Source: Bdellovibrionota bacterium FG-2
GTDB lineage: Bacteria > Bdellovibrionota > UBA1018
DNA: 35,640 nt
Direction of reading: 5' to 3'
Assembly: GCA_051382305.1 (NCBI GenBank)
Contig: JBBCAV010000405.1
Coordinates: 1 to 35,640, forward strand
The position numbers and the translations under genes were made by a program. Of the stretch, positions 1-9,135 are shown piece after piece; the first letter of the stretch is position 1, and each line of letters opens with the position of its first letter. Under the pieces are notes generated by a model. The model ran no database searches and was not told the origin of the DNA. It saw nothing but the letters and a program-made list of their open reading frames with translations.

Positions 1-279
1 GTCTATCCGGTGGTGCGAAACCTCTTTGCCCCGCTGTTTGCCGAAGGCCCCGAAGTGATGACGATTAGCGATTCTAAGACGCAGCTTCAGGAAACCGTCC
101 AGGCCCGGTGGAAGATTACGCCGACCTATCATCTTATTGGCACTCGGGGGCCGGATCATGCTAGAGAGTTTGAAATCGAAGTACGCATGAGTGGAAAACC
201 CCTGGCAATTGCGCTGGGTGCATCCAAAAAAGAGGCAGAACAAGCCGCCGCACGTGCCGCGATGAGAGAAGTCGAGTAG
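1..279 (+). CDS. rnc: Ribonuclease III, C-terminal dsRNA-binding domain (5' part outside the window)
   Basis: dsRBD motifs DSKTQLQE, GPDHAREF and GASKKEAEQAAA; directly upstream of era. Confidence 0.95.
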   Translation, partial: VYPVVRNLFAPLFAEGPEVMTISDSKTQLQETVQARWKITPTYHLIGTRGPDHAREFEIEVRMSGKPLAIALGASKKEAEQAAARAAMREVE

Positions 280-289
280 GAACCCCAAA

Positions 290-1255
290 ATGAAATCAGG
301 TTTTGTTGCAGTCATTGGCCGCCCTAACAGCGGCAAATCCACCCTTATCAATCAGATCTTGGGCACCCAGCTCTCTATTGTCTCGCCTAAAGCCCAGACG
401 ACGCGCGAAAAAGTGTTGGGAATTCTGACCGAAAAACAGGGGCAAATGATTTTTATGGATACCCCCGGCATTCATCGAGCCAAAGAAGGCGGCATCAATG
501 AGTTCATGGTGGGTGAAGCGCGGGGGGCGCTCGACACTCCCTGTGTGATTTGGTATCTCATCGATCCCGCGTCGCGCTTGGAGCACGAAAAAGCCGTGAT
601 CGAGTTGCTGGGCGCCGCAGGTGTGCAAAAGAGTTCTTCGTTGATGATTCTCATGACGAAGTCCGACATAGCTCGGGGTGCGATTGTGCCCAAGCTTAAA
701 GGAGAAGTCTCGCAAGCGCTTGAAGCGTTAGGGTATAAGATTCACAGCGATTATATGATCTCGGCCTTAAAAGACAAGGGCGTGAATCTTCTTCTTGAAG
801 CAACCTGGAACCTGTTTGAAGAAGGCCCGCTGTATTATCCCGATGAAGAGCAGCTCTCGGATCGCCCAACTCGATTTTTTGTGAGTGAAATGATTCGAGA
901 GAAGTTGTTTCTCCATCTGGGCGAAGAAGTCCCGTATTCTTGTGCGGTGGAAATTGACAAATTTCAAGAATCTTCCAAACCCCCTCGGATCGAGGCTACG
1001 ATCTATGTGGAGCGCGAGTCGCAAAAGGGGATGGTCGTGGGAAAATCAGGGAGCAAGATCAAAGAAATCGGTCAATCGGCGCGAGCCGATATTGAGGTTT
1101 TTCTGGGGCATAAAGTCTTTTTAGGCCTTAACGTGAAAGTTTTGAAAGAGTGGACACGCTCGCCGGATGCCATGAAACGATTTGGATACAAGCTTAAGAA
1201 GAAGCCGCAAACAAAGCCACCAGTTAAGCCGCAATTCAAGAAGGAGCAAGCGTGA
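290..1255 (+). CDS. era: GTPase Era
   Basis: MKSGFVAVIGRPNSGKST, DTPG, EEVPY and KH-domain motif SQKGMVVGKSG. Confidence 0.97.
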   Translation: MKSGFVAVIGRPNSGKSTLINQILGTQLSIVSPKAQTTREKVLGILTEKQGQMIFMDTPGIHRAKEGGINEFMVGEARGALDTPCVIWYLIDPASRLEHEKAVIELLGAAGVQKSSSLMILMTKSDIARGAIVPKLKGEVSQALEALGYKIHSDYMISALKDKGVNLLLEATWNLFEEGPLYYPDEEQLSDRPTRFFVSEMIREKLFLHLGEEVPYSCAVEIDKFQESSKPPRIEATIYVERESQKGMVVGKSGSKIKEIGQSARADIEVFLGHKVFLGLNVKVLKEWTRSPDAMKRFGYKLKKKPQTKPPVKPQFKKEQA

Positions 1256-2751
1256 ACTCTCTGCGCGTGGTCGTCATGGGGCGTCCGAATGTAGGCAAAA
1301 GCAGTCTTTTCAACCGTCTCTTGGGACGAAAACATGCCTTGGTGCATGACGAGCCGGGCGTGACGCGTGATCGTATTGAAAAACAGGCCACATGGTGGTC
1401 ACAGGGCAAAGAACTCTCCATCACGCTTGTCGATACGGGGGGCGTGGGTGGCGAGCGTTTTGTGGAGGAGATTCAACGCCAAGTCGATATTGCCCTCTCA
1501 GAAGCACATGTCGCAGTTCTTGTGTTTGATGGTCAATCCGGCGTGACTGCGGCGGATGAAGTGTTGGTTCGTAAACTGCACTCATCGGGCGTGCAAAAAA
1601 GGATTCCGATTGTGGCGGTCGTCAATAAGATCGATGCCCCTCAGCACGAAGATGCCGTCTCTGATTTTCATCAGTTTGGTTTTGATTCGTTGATTGCCAT
1701 CTCGGCCGAGCATAATCGTGGGGTTGAAGAACTTAAAGATACGCTGGTCGAAATCACGGGTTTTGCAGAGTCGGAACCAAAATCAAAAAAATCTCTCAAA
1801 AATGAAGGCGAAGATCTGGCTCCCGGAGAAGGTGCCGAGAATGCGGACAAAGAAACGGCGTCTGAAATTCCCGCACTCCCGCGCATTGCGATTGTCGGGC
1901 GCCCCAACGTAGGTAAAAGTACGATGCTTAACGCTCTTTTGGGCAAGGAACGAATGATCACCAGCTCCATTGCCGGGACCACTGTGGACGCTGTTGATTC
2001 GATCGTTGAATTAGAGGGCAAGCAATTGGTTTTTGTGGATACGGCCGGAATTCGCAGGAAAAGTAAAACGGAGCAAGGCGTAGAAGTGCTCTCGGTTTTG
2101 CGTGCAAAAAAGGCGCTCGAAGACGCTGATTTGGCGATTTTACTTTTAGATGGTGAATCAGGCTTGACGGATCAAGATGAAAAGATCGGTGGACTTATTG
2201 AAGAGGCCGGCTGCTCCGTGATTATCGCCATGAACAAGTGGGACACGCAATTGCGCAATCGGGAGTTTCCCCGAGATGTGGCGGCCGAGGTCATTCGTGA
2301 AAAAATCACCTTTCTTAAATATGCTCCCATCGTTTTTGTAAGCGGAAAGCAAGGCAAGGGCTTTGAAGATTTGGGCGGTTTGATTGAAGAGATTTTGAAA
2401 CAAAAAAATCTCAAAATTCCAACTCGCGAGTTTACGGAGTTTTTGCGAGAAGAATGCAAAATCTATAATCCACAAGATGCCAAGTTTTTCATGTGTCATC
2501 AGACCTCCAGACATCCTCCCACCTTTATGTGTCACGTGAATGATCCGGAGCGCGTGAACTTTAGCATGCAAAGACATCTAGTAAATGCCATGCGGGAGCG
2601 TTTTGGTTTCATGGGGAGTCCGATTCGTCTTTTGTTTGCCGAAGGGAAAAATACCCGAAAGCAGCCCAAAAGGGCTCCTCACGTGAACGAGGCGCGCCTT
2701 GCGGCCAAAAAATTAAAGAAACCCTCACCAGGTAAAAAGAAGGTTCGCTGA
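1252..2751 (+). CDS. der: Ribosome biogenesis GTPase Der (EngA)
   Basis: Two tandem G domains (GRPNVGKS twice, DTGG/DTAG, NKID/NKWD); C-terminal PPTF...FGFMGSPIRL; GTGA overlap with era. Confidence 0.97.
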   Translation: MNSLRVVVMGRPNVGKSSLFNRLLGRKHALVHDEPGVTRDRIEKQATWWSQGKELSITLVDTGGVGGERFVEEIQRQVDIALSEAHVAVLVFDGQSGVTAADEVLVRKLHSSGVQKRIPIVAVVNKIDAPQHEDAVSDFHQFGFDSLIAISAEHNRGVEELKDTLVEITGFAESEPKSKKSLKNEGEDLAPGEGAENADKETASEIPALPRIAIVGRPNVGKSTMLNALLGKERMITSSIAGTTVDAVDSIVELEGKQLVFVDTAGIRRKSKTEQGVEVLSVLRAKKALEDADLAILLLDGESGLTDQDEKIGGLIEEAGCSVIIAMNKWDTQLRNREFPRDVAAEVIREKITFLKYAPIVFVSGKQGKGFEDLGGLIEEILKQKNLKIPTREFTEFLREECKIYNPQDAKFFMCHQTSRHPPTFMCHVNDPERVNFSMQRHLVNAMRERFGFMGSPIRLLFAEGKNTRKQPKRAPHVNEARLAAKKLKKPSPGKKKVR

Positions 2752-3531
2752 AACGGTGTAAAAGACGCCGGTGAGATCATCGAGTCTGTTGAAGTCATTA
2801 TTGAACACCCCCGTATGGGTATCTTTGAAGTTCACGAGATGAACTTTACCTTCAATCTCAAGATAGGTCTTGCGCGCTTTGAGCACAAATTCGAGCCCGC
2901 CGCCCGCGCTCATGCCAAAGCCGGAGTCCGGATCTGAGGTTCCTTTAGAATATGAATTCTCCGTTTTTGAGAAATTGCCGATCCCAATGAGGACATAGGG
3001 ATTGGCGAAACTCAGCGCGGCTGAAAGATTTTTGGTGTCAAAATAGTATTTGAGATCCGCGCCAATATGAAAAACGGGGACATCGACATGGCCGCCTAGT
3101 TCTTCGGTGGTTTCATAAAAGTGAGTGACGGTAAAAAATCCGATATCGATCGCAAAATTAAAATCAAACCAATAGTGGACTTTGAAATCCAGGAGAGGGA
3201 AACCGCCGTTCCATAAAAGGCCCCGGTTTCCTGTTATTCCCTCGGCTCCAAGTCCAAGACTGACGCCAAAGAATCTGCCAAACTGCAAAAACTTGGTGTC
3301 GGCATCCTCATCCGCTTGTTCGTTAAATTCGCCGTATTCAGTAAACGGGGTCGTGGCAAAATCGTCTTCCTCAGATTGATAGACCTTCGGTGTTTTGCCT
3401 CCTGCAGCCGAGGCTGCTGCACCGTCTTGGGCGAGAAGGGGCGTGCTGAACACGTTCAGCGCGAGGGGGGTTAAGAAGATCAAGAGGATGAGGGTGGCAA
3501 ATTGCTTAGAAATAAAAATGAATCCCCGCAT
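2725..3531 (-). CDS. Outer-membrane beta-barrel protein
   Basis: Signal peptide, acidic linker, amphipathic aromatic-rich strands, C-terminal LLFTW; 27-bp convergent overlap with der. Confidence 0.75.
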   Translation of the reverse strand: MRGFIFISKQFATLILLIFLTPLALNVFSTPLLAQDGAAASAAGGKTPKVYQSEEDDFATTPFTEYGEFNEQADEDADTKFLQFGRFFGVSLGLGAEGITGNRGLLWNGGFPLLDFKVHYWFDFNFAIDIGFFTVTHFYETTEELGGHVDVPVFHIGADLKYYFDTKNLSAALSFANPYVLIGIGNFSKTENSYSKGTSDPDSGFGMSAGGGLEFVLKARKTYLEIEGKVHLVNFKDTHTGVFNNDFNRLDDLTGVFYTVSANLLFTW

Positions 3532-4060
3532 CTAGAAAACTCACCCCCAGCGTACGCAGCGCATAGGCGCCACTCATATTGTTAAACGTTCCCCCCGTTT
3601 CGACGGCAAAGCCCAAGCTTTCGATGCCAGGGATGAAAAACTCCGCCCCAAATCCTCCGAGGGCTTCAATTCCTGAATTTGAATTCCCCGTGAGCACGCC
3701 GAAGCCCGCCATGAAATAGAAATTAAGATTGGTTTCTAGGAAAATATTCTTGAAAACCTTGCCTGCCGCCACAGAATTTCCGGGGGCACCGGTGTAGATT
3801 CCGACAATCCCCTCAACGGCAAAATCGCGAGAAAGGCCGTATTTCAGGCTAACTGCGGGATTTGATCGATAGTTAGGGGCATTGCCAAACTCGTTGTTAT
3901 ATCCCAAACCCAAGCGGCCTTGGATTTCCCGAGCACTCGCGTTTTGGGCAAACGCAAAAACGAGTAGAAGTGCCACGTTAATGAATAAAATGACGCTTAG
4001 CGCCCTTATTGTTTCGACCTTGAACGTCCCCGGCCAACTTAAGTGAAGAAGAGCTTTCAT
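3506..4060 (-). CDS. Small outer-membrane beta-barrel protein
   Basis: Signal peptide (ASA cleavage), Gly/aromatic strands, C-terminal IHFYF. Confidence 0.75.
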   Translation of the reverse strand: MKALLHLSWPGTFKVETIRALSVILFINVALLLVFAFAQNASAREIQGRLGLGYNNEFGNAPNYRSNPAVSLKYGLSRDFAVEGIVGIYTGAPGNSVAAGKVFKNIFLETNLNFYFMAGFGVLTGNSNSGIEALGGFGAEFFIPGIESLGFAVETGGTFNNMSGAYALRTLGVSFLDAGIHFYF

Positions 4061-4068
4061 GTAATCTA

Positions 4069-4119
4069 AGGTTACCCGTGCCCTTTCTTTTTGACAACCC
4101 CCGAAGACTCCTCTAAATC
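4069..4119. promoter_or_regulatory. Divergent sigma70 promoters with overlapping -35 boxes
   Basis: Plus: TTGACA(4091-96)-17-TAAATC(4114-19), 7 nt before ATG 4127. Minus: TTGTCA(4097-92)-17-TAACCT(4074-69), 8 nt before ATG 4060. Confidence 0.6.
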
Positions 4120-4126
4120 TTTGAGT

Positions 4127-4939
4127 ATGTTATCAACAGGATCGAATCCGCAAACAAGTGAAGTTCAGTCTGGCAACAATAGCAATAAGCAAGGTTTCAT
4201 GGCCGCGCTCTATGGTTTTTTTGACGGAATCGCAAAACACACCCGGGGCGCAGCCCTTGGCGTTGGGGCGATGCTCGTTATTGGAGTGGCCATTGCGTTT
4301 TTCATGAACCACCGAGAGGAAACTGCTGCATCGGGAAGAAACGCGCTCTATGCCGCCCATAAATCCATTGAGGGCGGAATCAAGAGCATGGCTGACGCTG
4401 AAACGCCTCCGCCCCAACCTGCGTCCTCGCCCATGCCTGTCGGTGCACCAAAAGCTGCCGAAAAAGATCTGGGCGCTTGGATGTTTAAGCGATTTGACGT
4501 TGATGCAAAGCTCTCCGAGGGCGTGAAAAAGCTTCAGGAGGTTTCCACAAAATTCAAGGGCACCCGTGCAGGGTTTGAAGCAGACCTTGAACTGGGCAAT
4601 CTTTATTTCAATCATGGCGAGCCTTTAAAAGCCGTTTCTTGGTTTGAAAAAGCGGCGCTGGGCGCCCCCAGCATTTTTGAGCGAGCGTTGGCTTATTCTT
4701 CGCAAGGCAATGCGCTAGAAAATGGGGAGAAGTTCTCTGATGCTGTGCAGGCCTACGAAAAGGCCCTCAATCTCGGAGAAGAGACCCTCAAAGGTGATTT
4801 GCTCTTGGCTATGGCTCGCTGCTACGAGGGCGCAAAAGAATTCGTAAAAGCGAAAGGTGTATATGATCGCATCATCAAAGAACTCCCCAGCAAAGAGCAT
4901 GCAAAATCTGCAGAAACCTATAAGTCACAGATTGAATAG
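4127..4939 (+). CDS. Membrane-anchored TPR protein, YfgM-like
   Basis: One N-terminal TM helix then TPR helices; directly upstream of a BamB-like gene. ATG 4127 preferred because the TTG at 4091 is the -35 box. Confidence 0.75.
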   Translation: MLSTGSNPQTSEVQSGNNSNKQGFMAALYGFFDGIAKHTRGAALGVGAMLVIGVAIAFFMNHREETAASGRNALYAAHKSIEGGIKSMADAETPPPQPASSPMPVGAPKAAEKDLGAWMFKRFDVDAKLSEGVKKLQEVSTKFKGTRAGFEADLELGNLYFNHGEPLKAVSWFEKAALGAPSIFERALAYSSQGNALENGEKFSDAVQAYEKALNLGEETLKGDLLLAMARCYEGAKEFVKAKGVYDRIIKELPSKEHAKSAETYKSQIE

Positions 4940-4940
4940 C

Positions 4941-6140
4941 ATGGGTGTTTGCACGCAATTACGTCTTCTTATTATTTTCGTCTTAGGAGTGCTTGTTTTG
5001 GGGTTAGGGAGTGTGAGCTGCACGGGCAGAAACATTCACAGCGATCTGACGGCTGACTCCAAGCTTCTTGTCCGCAAATGGACCCTTTCGACGCATGGTG
5101 CTTTTGAGGCCGGCGATCATGGAACTGAGTATTCCAATCCGGTCATGGTCGAAAACACGCTCATTTTCGGGAACCGAAGCGTTGGCGTTATTGCGCTCTA
5201 TCCCACCTTGAATCAGCAGCGTTGGGTTCTGCCGATTCCGGGCGGTGTGGTGAGTGAACTTTCCGTTGAAAAGGGGCTGGTCTATTTTGGGGGTGGCGAC
5301 GGGTTTCTTTATTGCGTCAACTCCGAAAACGGTCGGGTCAGCTGGAGATATGAGCTGCGCAATCCCGTGATTTCGCGCCCCACCTTGGATGGGGGGCGGG
5401 TTTTTGTCACCACCTCGGATGATACTGTTTTTGCTTTTGATGCAGGCACTGGCAAATGGTTATGGCACTATCGCAGGCGCTCATCGCCCGCCGCCACGAT
5501 TCACGGCGCTTCAGCGCCCCTGGTGGATGCTGGAGAAGTGCTTGCAGGTTTGAGCGATGGCTTCTTAGTTGCGCTCTCCACCAATGATGGAAAACTTAAG
5601 TGGGAGCGAAAACTTCATCACGGGTTAAAATTCACGGATGTGGATGCGTCTCCGGTGCTTGAGAGTGGGACGTTGTATGTTCCTAGTTATGATGGTGCCC
5701 TTTATGCGCTCAAACGCCAAGGGGGCGAGGTTCTGTGGCGCTATGATTCTGGGGGGAGCAAGAATGTGGTCTTGGAAGGTAGTCGGATTTTTCTGCCTTC
5801 AAGTGACGGAAACGTTTATGCGCTTCAAAAGGACAATGCAAAAGTCTTGTGGAAGTTTGAGCTTGATCACGGAACTCCAACTCGTCTAGCGGTCACCGAC
5901 AAATACATTATCGTGGGTTCGAGTTTTCAGTATCTTTATGTGATCGACAAAACGACAGGCAAGGGCCTTTATCGCTATAATTCAGGGTATAATAGCGGAT
6001 TTTCGGGATACCCCTTTTACGATGCGCAAGCGGGGCGGGTGTACTTCTTGTCGGGCGCGGGCAATCTCTTTGCCTTCGCGCTTCGTAAGCCTCCGCGCAA
6101 GGTCATGTCGCATGGCCAGACGGATCCTTATACTTTTTAG
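4941..6140 (+). CDS. PQQ-like beta-propeller lipoprotein, BamB-like
   Basis: Lipobox-like SVSC; repeated DGxLYAL...GxxxW blades; ATG 2 nt after the TPR stop. Confidence 0.85.
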   Translation: MGVCTQLRLLIIFVLGVLVLGLGSVSCTGRNIHSDLTADSKLLVRKWTLSTHGAFEAGDHGTEYSNPVMVENTLIFGNRSVGVIALYPTLNQQRWVLPIPGGVVSELSVEKGLVYFGGGDGFLYCVNSENGRVSWRYELRNPVISRPTLDGGRVFVTTSDDTVFAFDAGTGKWLWHYRRRSSPAATIHGASAPLVDAGEVLAGLSDGFLVALSTNDGKLKWERKLHHGLKFTDVDASPVLESGTLYVPSYDGALYALKRQGGEVLWRYDSGGSKNVVLEGSRIFLPSSDGNVYALQKDNAKVLWKFELDHGTPTRLAVTDKYIIVGSSFQYLYVIDKTTGKGLYRYNSGYNSGFSGYPFYDAQAGRVYFLSGAGNLFAFALRKPPRKVMSHGQTDPYTF

Positions 6141-6141
6141 G

Positions 6142-6651
6142 CTACTTTTTAGGGGGCGAAGCAGGTTGTCGCTCAAGTGGGGGCGCGGGTTTTTTCGCGA
6201 CGTAAATTTGCGGGGTGGTTTTGATGGCGAGTTGAACCCCGGTTTCCAAGAGAACGAGTTGAAGTTTGTGAACTTGGTCTTCAGCTTTCTTTAGTTTGTC
6301 GCGAAAATCTTTATAGGCCTTGTAGGCATGGCGCTCCAGACGGGTAGGGAAGGTAATCGCTGCCTTTGGATCTTTGTTCCAGGCTTCATAGGCGGCCGCA
6401 CAGGTAAACTTTTTTGCCTCGTTCTTGCATCCTTTGGCCGCTTCAAAATCCTTGAGTTGGGAGGCGAGATCGGTATGGACCTTTCTAAGTGCGGGGATGT
6501 GGATGTCCCTCAAATCGAGCGCAAAGTAGCCTAGGTCCTCCGCGTCCATTTGTTTAAGCTCCTCGGGTGAGCGATAGACCGAATCCGCGGCGAGTGAAAG
6601 CCCGGTGAGCACCAGACAAAGGCAGGGGATCCATAAAGCGAGCGGTTTCAT
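6142..6651 (-). CDS. Secreted helical hypothetical protein with C-terminal RQPAS motif
   Basis: Signal peptide (SLA-A), coiled-coil character, a Cys pair. Confidence 0.7.
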   Translation of the reverse strand: MKPLALWIPCLCLVLTGLSLAADSVYRSPEELKQMDAEDLGYFALDLRDIHIPALRKVHTDLASQLKDFEAAKGCKNEAKKFTCAAAYEAWNKDPKAAITFPTRLERHAYKAYKDFRDKLKKAEDQVHKLQLVLLETGVQLAIKTTPQIYVAKKPAPPLERQPASPPKK

Positions 6652-6658
6652 GATAATC

Positions 6659-6686
6659 CTATCGGTCGGAGCGCGTCAATAGTTGA
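6659..6686 (-). promoter_or_regulatory. Sigma28 (FliA)-like promoter
   Basis: TCAA-N16-ACCGATAG ending 7 nt before ATG 6651. Confidence 0.5.
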
Positions 6687-6698
6687 GTGAAATAGTTC

Positions 6699-6748
6699 AG
6701 TATTTGAGATCTAAAATACTTGACCATTAATGTTCGGTATGGTATGGT
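6699..6748 (+). promoter_or_regulatory. 22-bp palindromic operator plus sigma70 promoter of the carboxyltransferase
   Basis: AGTATTTGAGA|TCTAAAATACT (one mismatched pair, 6699-6720) abutting TTGACC(6720-25)-17-TATGGT(6743-48) with extended TGn. Confidence 0.6.
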
Positions 6749-6758
6749 GCGGAGCGAT

Positions 6759-8252
6759 ATGAATGTTTCATGGCAGAAAATCCGTCTCAGTGATCATCGT
6801 TTTCTCGCGCCGCTGCAGGATCTGTACGGCGATATTGAGGTGGAGAATTTCACCCAAGACGACTCCGGAAAAAATGCGCAGGAATTTTCGCGCATGGGCT
6901 GTGATGGCGTTATCACTTTGCGAGGACTGATTGGGGGTCGGTGGGTCGGAATCATCTATAATGATTTTCGGGTCAATGGCGGAAGTTTTGGAAAAGCCTG
7001 CGCGCTTCGGGCTACTGAGTTTGTCAGGGTGATGGACGCTCAAGGGTGCGCGCTAGTTTTCGCTCTTAATTCGCTTGGCCTTCGCATCATGGAGGGGCGC
7101 ACTGCCGCGCAAAATGCCTTCAGTCTTGTCCCCGCACTTAAAAAGTTTTCGAAAAACAACTTGCTGATCACCGTCACAATCGGGCGCTGCCTGGGTCTTG
7201 GCGCGATCCTGTTTGCGCTTGGAAAATACCGCATAGGAATCCGTGGTGGAGGCTTACTCAATCTTGCTGGCCCCGAAGTCATGCGGCTGTTCTTCGGTGC
7301 AAAGGTCGTTTTTGAAGAGCTCGCAAGTGTTGAACGCAACTTCGAACAGACGACATTGGTGCACGAGCTTTTGGCAGATAAAACAGTGGCGTTTAAGCGG
7401 ATTCGCCAGCTCGTGCTCGCGCCTCAAACTGAGGCGGGCCTGGATTTTCCGGAATCCGTAGTGGTGTCGGCGGCGATCCAGAAAAGTGATCCAAGACTTG
7501 TTTCAATCCTGAGCCAGGTCGGCGAAGTCCCTCTTGAAGTATTTGGCCAGCGCTCCGCCGTGGTGCGGGCTTTTATCGTAAAGAGGAAGAATCGAAGACT
7601 TGGCGTGCTGATCAATCCTCCCGGCAATGTTAACAATATGGTCACCTGTGCGACGCTGCAAAAGTATTCTGATGCTTTGGATTTTTTCAAGTCGTTGCGT
7701 TTGCCCGTGCTCTCATTCTTGGATGCACCTGGAATTGATCCGCGCGTGGAGCAGATGGACGGTAACATTCTGCAGAAGATCGTCGATGTGACTTCCCGTA
7801 TGATTGATTATCCTCATGGCCTGATGGGGGTCATGGTCGGCCGCGGTTTTGGAGGCTCTAATGTATTGGGTTTTCCAAAATGTTTTGGTTCCAATCGTGT
7901 AATTGCGCTCACGGGCGCTCAGATTGGCATCATGCATGAGAGCATTGTGGATCAGTTGCTTTCGGGATCGCCACGGTTACAAGAGCAGTGGGATAAGGCT
8001 CTAAGCGAACAGACACCGGACTTGAAGGATCTCCTTGCTGAAGGAATCATAGATGCCCTCATTGACCAAAGTGAGTTGGATGGGCAAGTCGAGATTTTTG
8101 TTAGAGGCTTGGAGTCTCCAGTAGTGCGCAGGCCGCAAGTCCCCCTCCTCCGGCGGCAACTAACAAAACACGTTGAGAGGCCTGAAGTGCTGGCCGCTGC
8201 AACAAAGAGTGGAGCGCGATCCCGACACTCGCCCCCGAAGTGTTCCCCGTAA
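6759..8252 (+). CDS. Acyl-CoA carboxylase beta-like carboxyltransferase (two CT domains), divergent
   Basis: NDFRVNGGSFG, NSLGLRIMEG (cf. DSGGARIQEG), LAGPEV, FLDAPG, GRGFGG; ATG 6759 preferred over TTG 6720 (-35 box). Confidence 0.85.
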   Translation: MNVSWQKIRLSDHRFLAPLQDLYGDIEVENFTQDDSGKNAQEFSRMGCDGVITLRGLIGGRWVGIIYNDFRVNGGSFGKACALRATEFVRVMDAQGCALVFALNSLGLRIMEGRTAAQNAFSLVPALKKFSKNNLLITVTIGRCLGLGAILFALGKYRIGIRGGGLLNLAGPEVMRLFFGAKVVFEELASVERNFEQTTLVHELLADKTVAFKRIRQLVLAPQTEAGLDFPESVVVSAAIQKSDPRLVSILSQVGEVPLEVFGQRSAVVRAFIVKRKNRRLGVLINPPGNVNNMVTCATLQKYSDALDFFKSLRLPVLSFLDAPGIDPRVEQMDGNILQKIVDVTSRMIDYPHGLMGVMVGRGFGGSNVLGFPKCFGSNRVIALTGAQIGIMHESIVDQLLSGSPRLQEQWDKALSEQTPDLKDLLAEGIIDALIDQSELDGQVEIFVRGLESPVVRRPQVPLLRRQLTKHVERPEVLAAATKSGARSRHSPPKCSP

Positions 8253-9135
8253 CTTGTACGGTTTCTATCACTTTGTCGGGTGAAATCGCCAATCTCAATC
8301 CCACCTCACGAATCAGATGCAAGTTCGCCTGATGCGGAACGAGCCAATTGATATCACTGATTTTGAGGCCCATCGTCGCAAGAAAGCGCGATGCGCTCTC
8401 GGCCATCCCTTCGACGGCTTTTAAGAAAAGCACGGCGCCTTTTTTCATTATTAAGAAATTATCTTCTGGATTCGGGTTGCGCGAATAGGGGAGCCGCGTG
8501 CCCCCGGCGGGAATGGAGATGATATCGGCCACGCTCCCGTCACTGAAAAGTTGGGAGGCAATATAGCGAAATGTTGCGCTCGCTGGATCCGCCGTAACCA
8601 CACATGCTGCCGCGCCATCGCCAAAGAGGGCCGTTGTTGCGAGGTCTTCACGACGCAAGAATTTAGAGCGAATGTCAGCGGCAATCAACAGTTGAGATTC
8701 ACCCGTGGCAGCACACATCGCCGTGGTTGTATGGAGGCCTGAAACAAAGCCCGCACAGGCCGCGCCTAAATCAAAGGCGCCTACGTTCTCTAACCCCAAT
8801 CGGTGCTGAACCAAAGGCGCGGTGGGCGGCGTCGGATAATCCCCAGAAATAGTGGCTAATACGAGTTGCCGAATCTTGGTCCGCTCCTCGGGATATTTTT
8901 CAAATAGGCTTGTGGCCGCCGCAAAGGCAAGATCCGAGCACGCTTGCTCATCGCTGGCCCAGTGACGTTTCTGAATTCCACTACGGTGTTCAATCCAGGA
9001 TCCCCTGATTTTGAGCGGTCGCTCGGCTCCCTCACTCATCCAAGCAATGAGAGCGTCATTATCGAGGGTTTCTTCCGGCAGAAAAGCCGCAGGGCCCTTG
9101 ATGAAAATGGGGGTGCTCGGTTGGTGTAGACTCAA
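8101..9135 (-). CDS. 3-oxoacyl-ACP synthase III (FabH-like) #1
   Basis: Triad AACAGF / PHQAN / GNTSGAS and LFGDGAAA; likely TTG start at 9135 coupled (TTGA) to the SDR stop. Confidence 0.92.
   Translation of the reverse strand: MSLHQPSTPIFIKGPAAFLPEETLDNDALIAWMSEGAERPLKIRGSWIEHRSGIQKRHWASDEQACSDLAFAAATSLFEKYPEERTKIRQLVLATISGDYPTPPTAPLVQHRLGLENVGAFDLGAACAGFVSGLHTTTAMCAATGESQLLIAADIRSKFLRREDLATTALFGDGAAACVVTADPASATFRYIASQLFSDGSVADIISIPAGGTRLPYSRNPNPEDNFLIMKKGAVLFLKAVEGMAESASRFLATMGLKISDINWLVPHQANLHLIREVGLRLAISPDKVIETVQVTGNTSGASVGIALHSLLQRPALQASQRVLLVAAGGGGLAACALLETPSL

Noticed and set aside
3045-3057. AGTATTTGAGATC identical to part of the 6699 palindrome
   Set aside because: Inside a coding region (DLKY codons on the minus strand) and lacks the second arm; likely chance.
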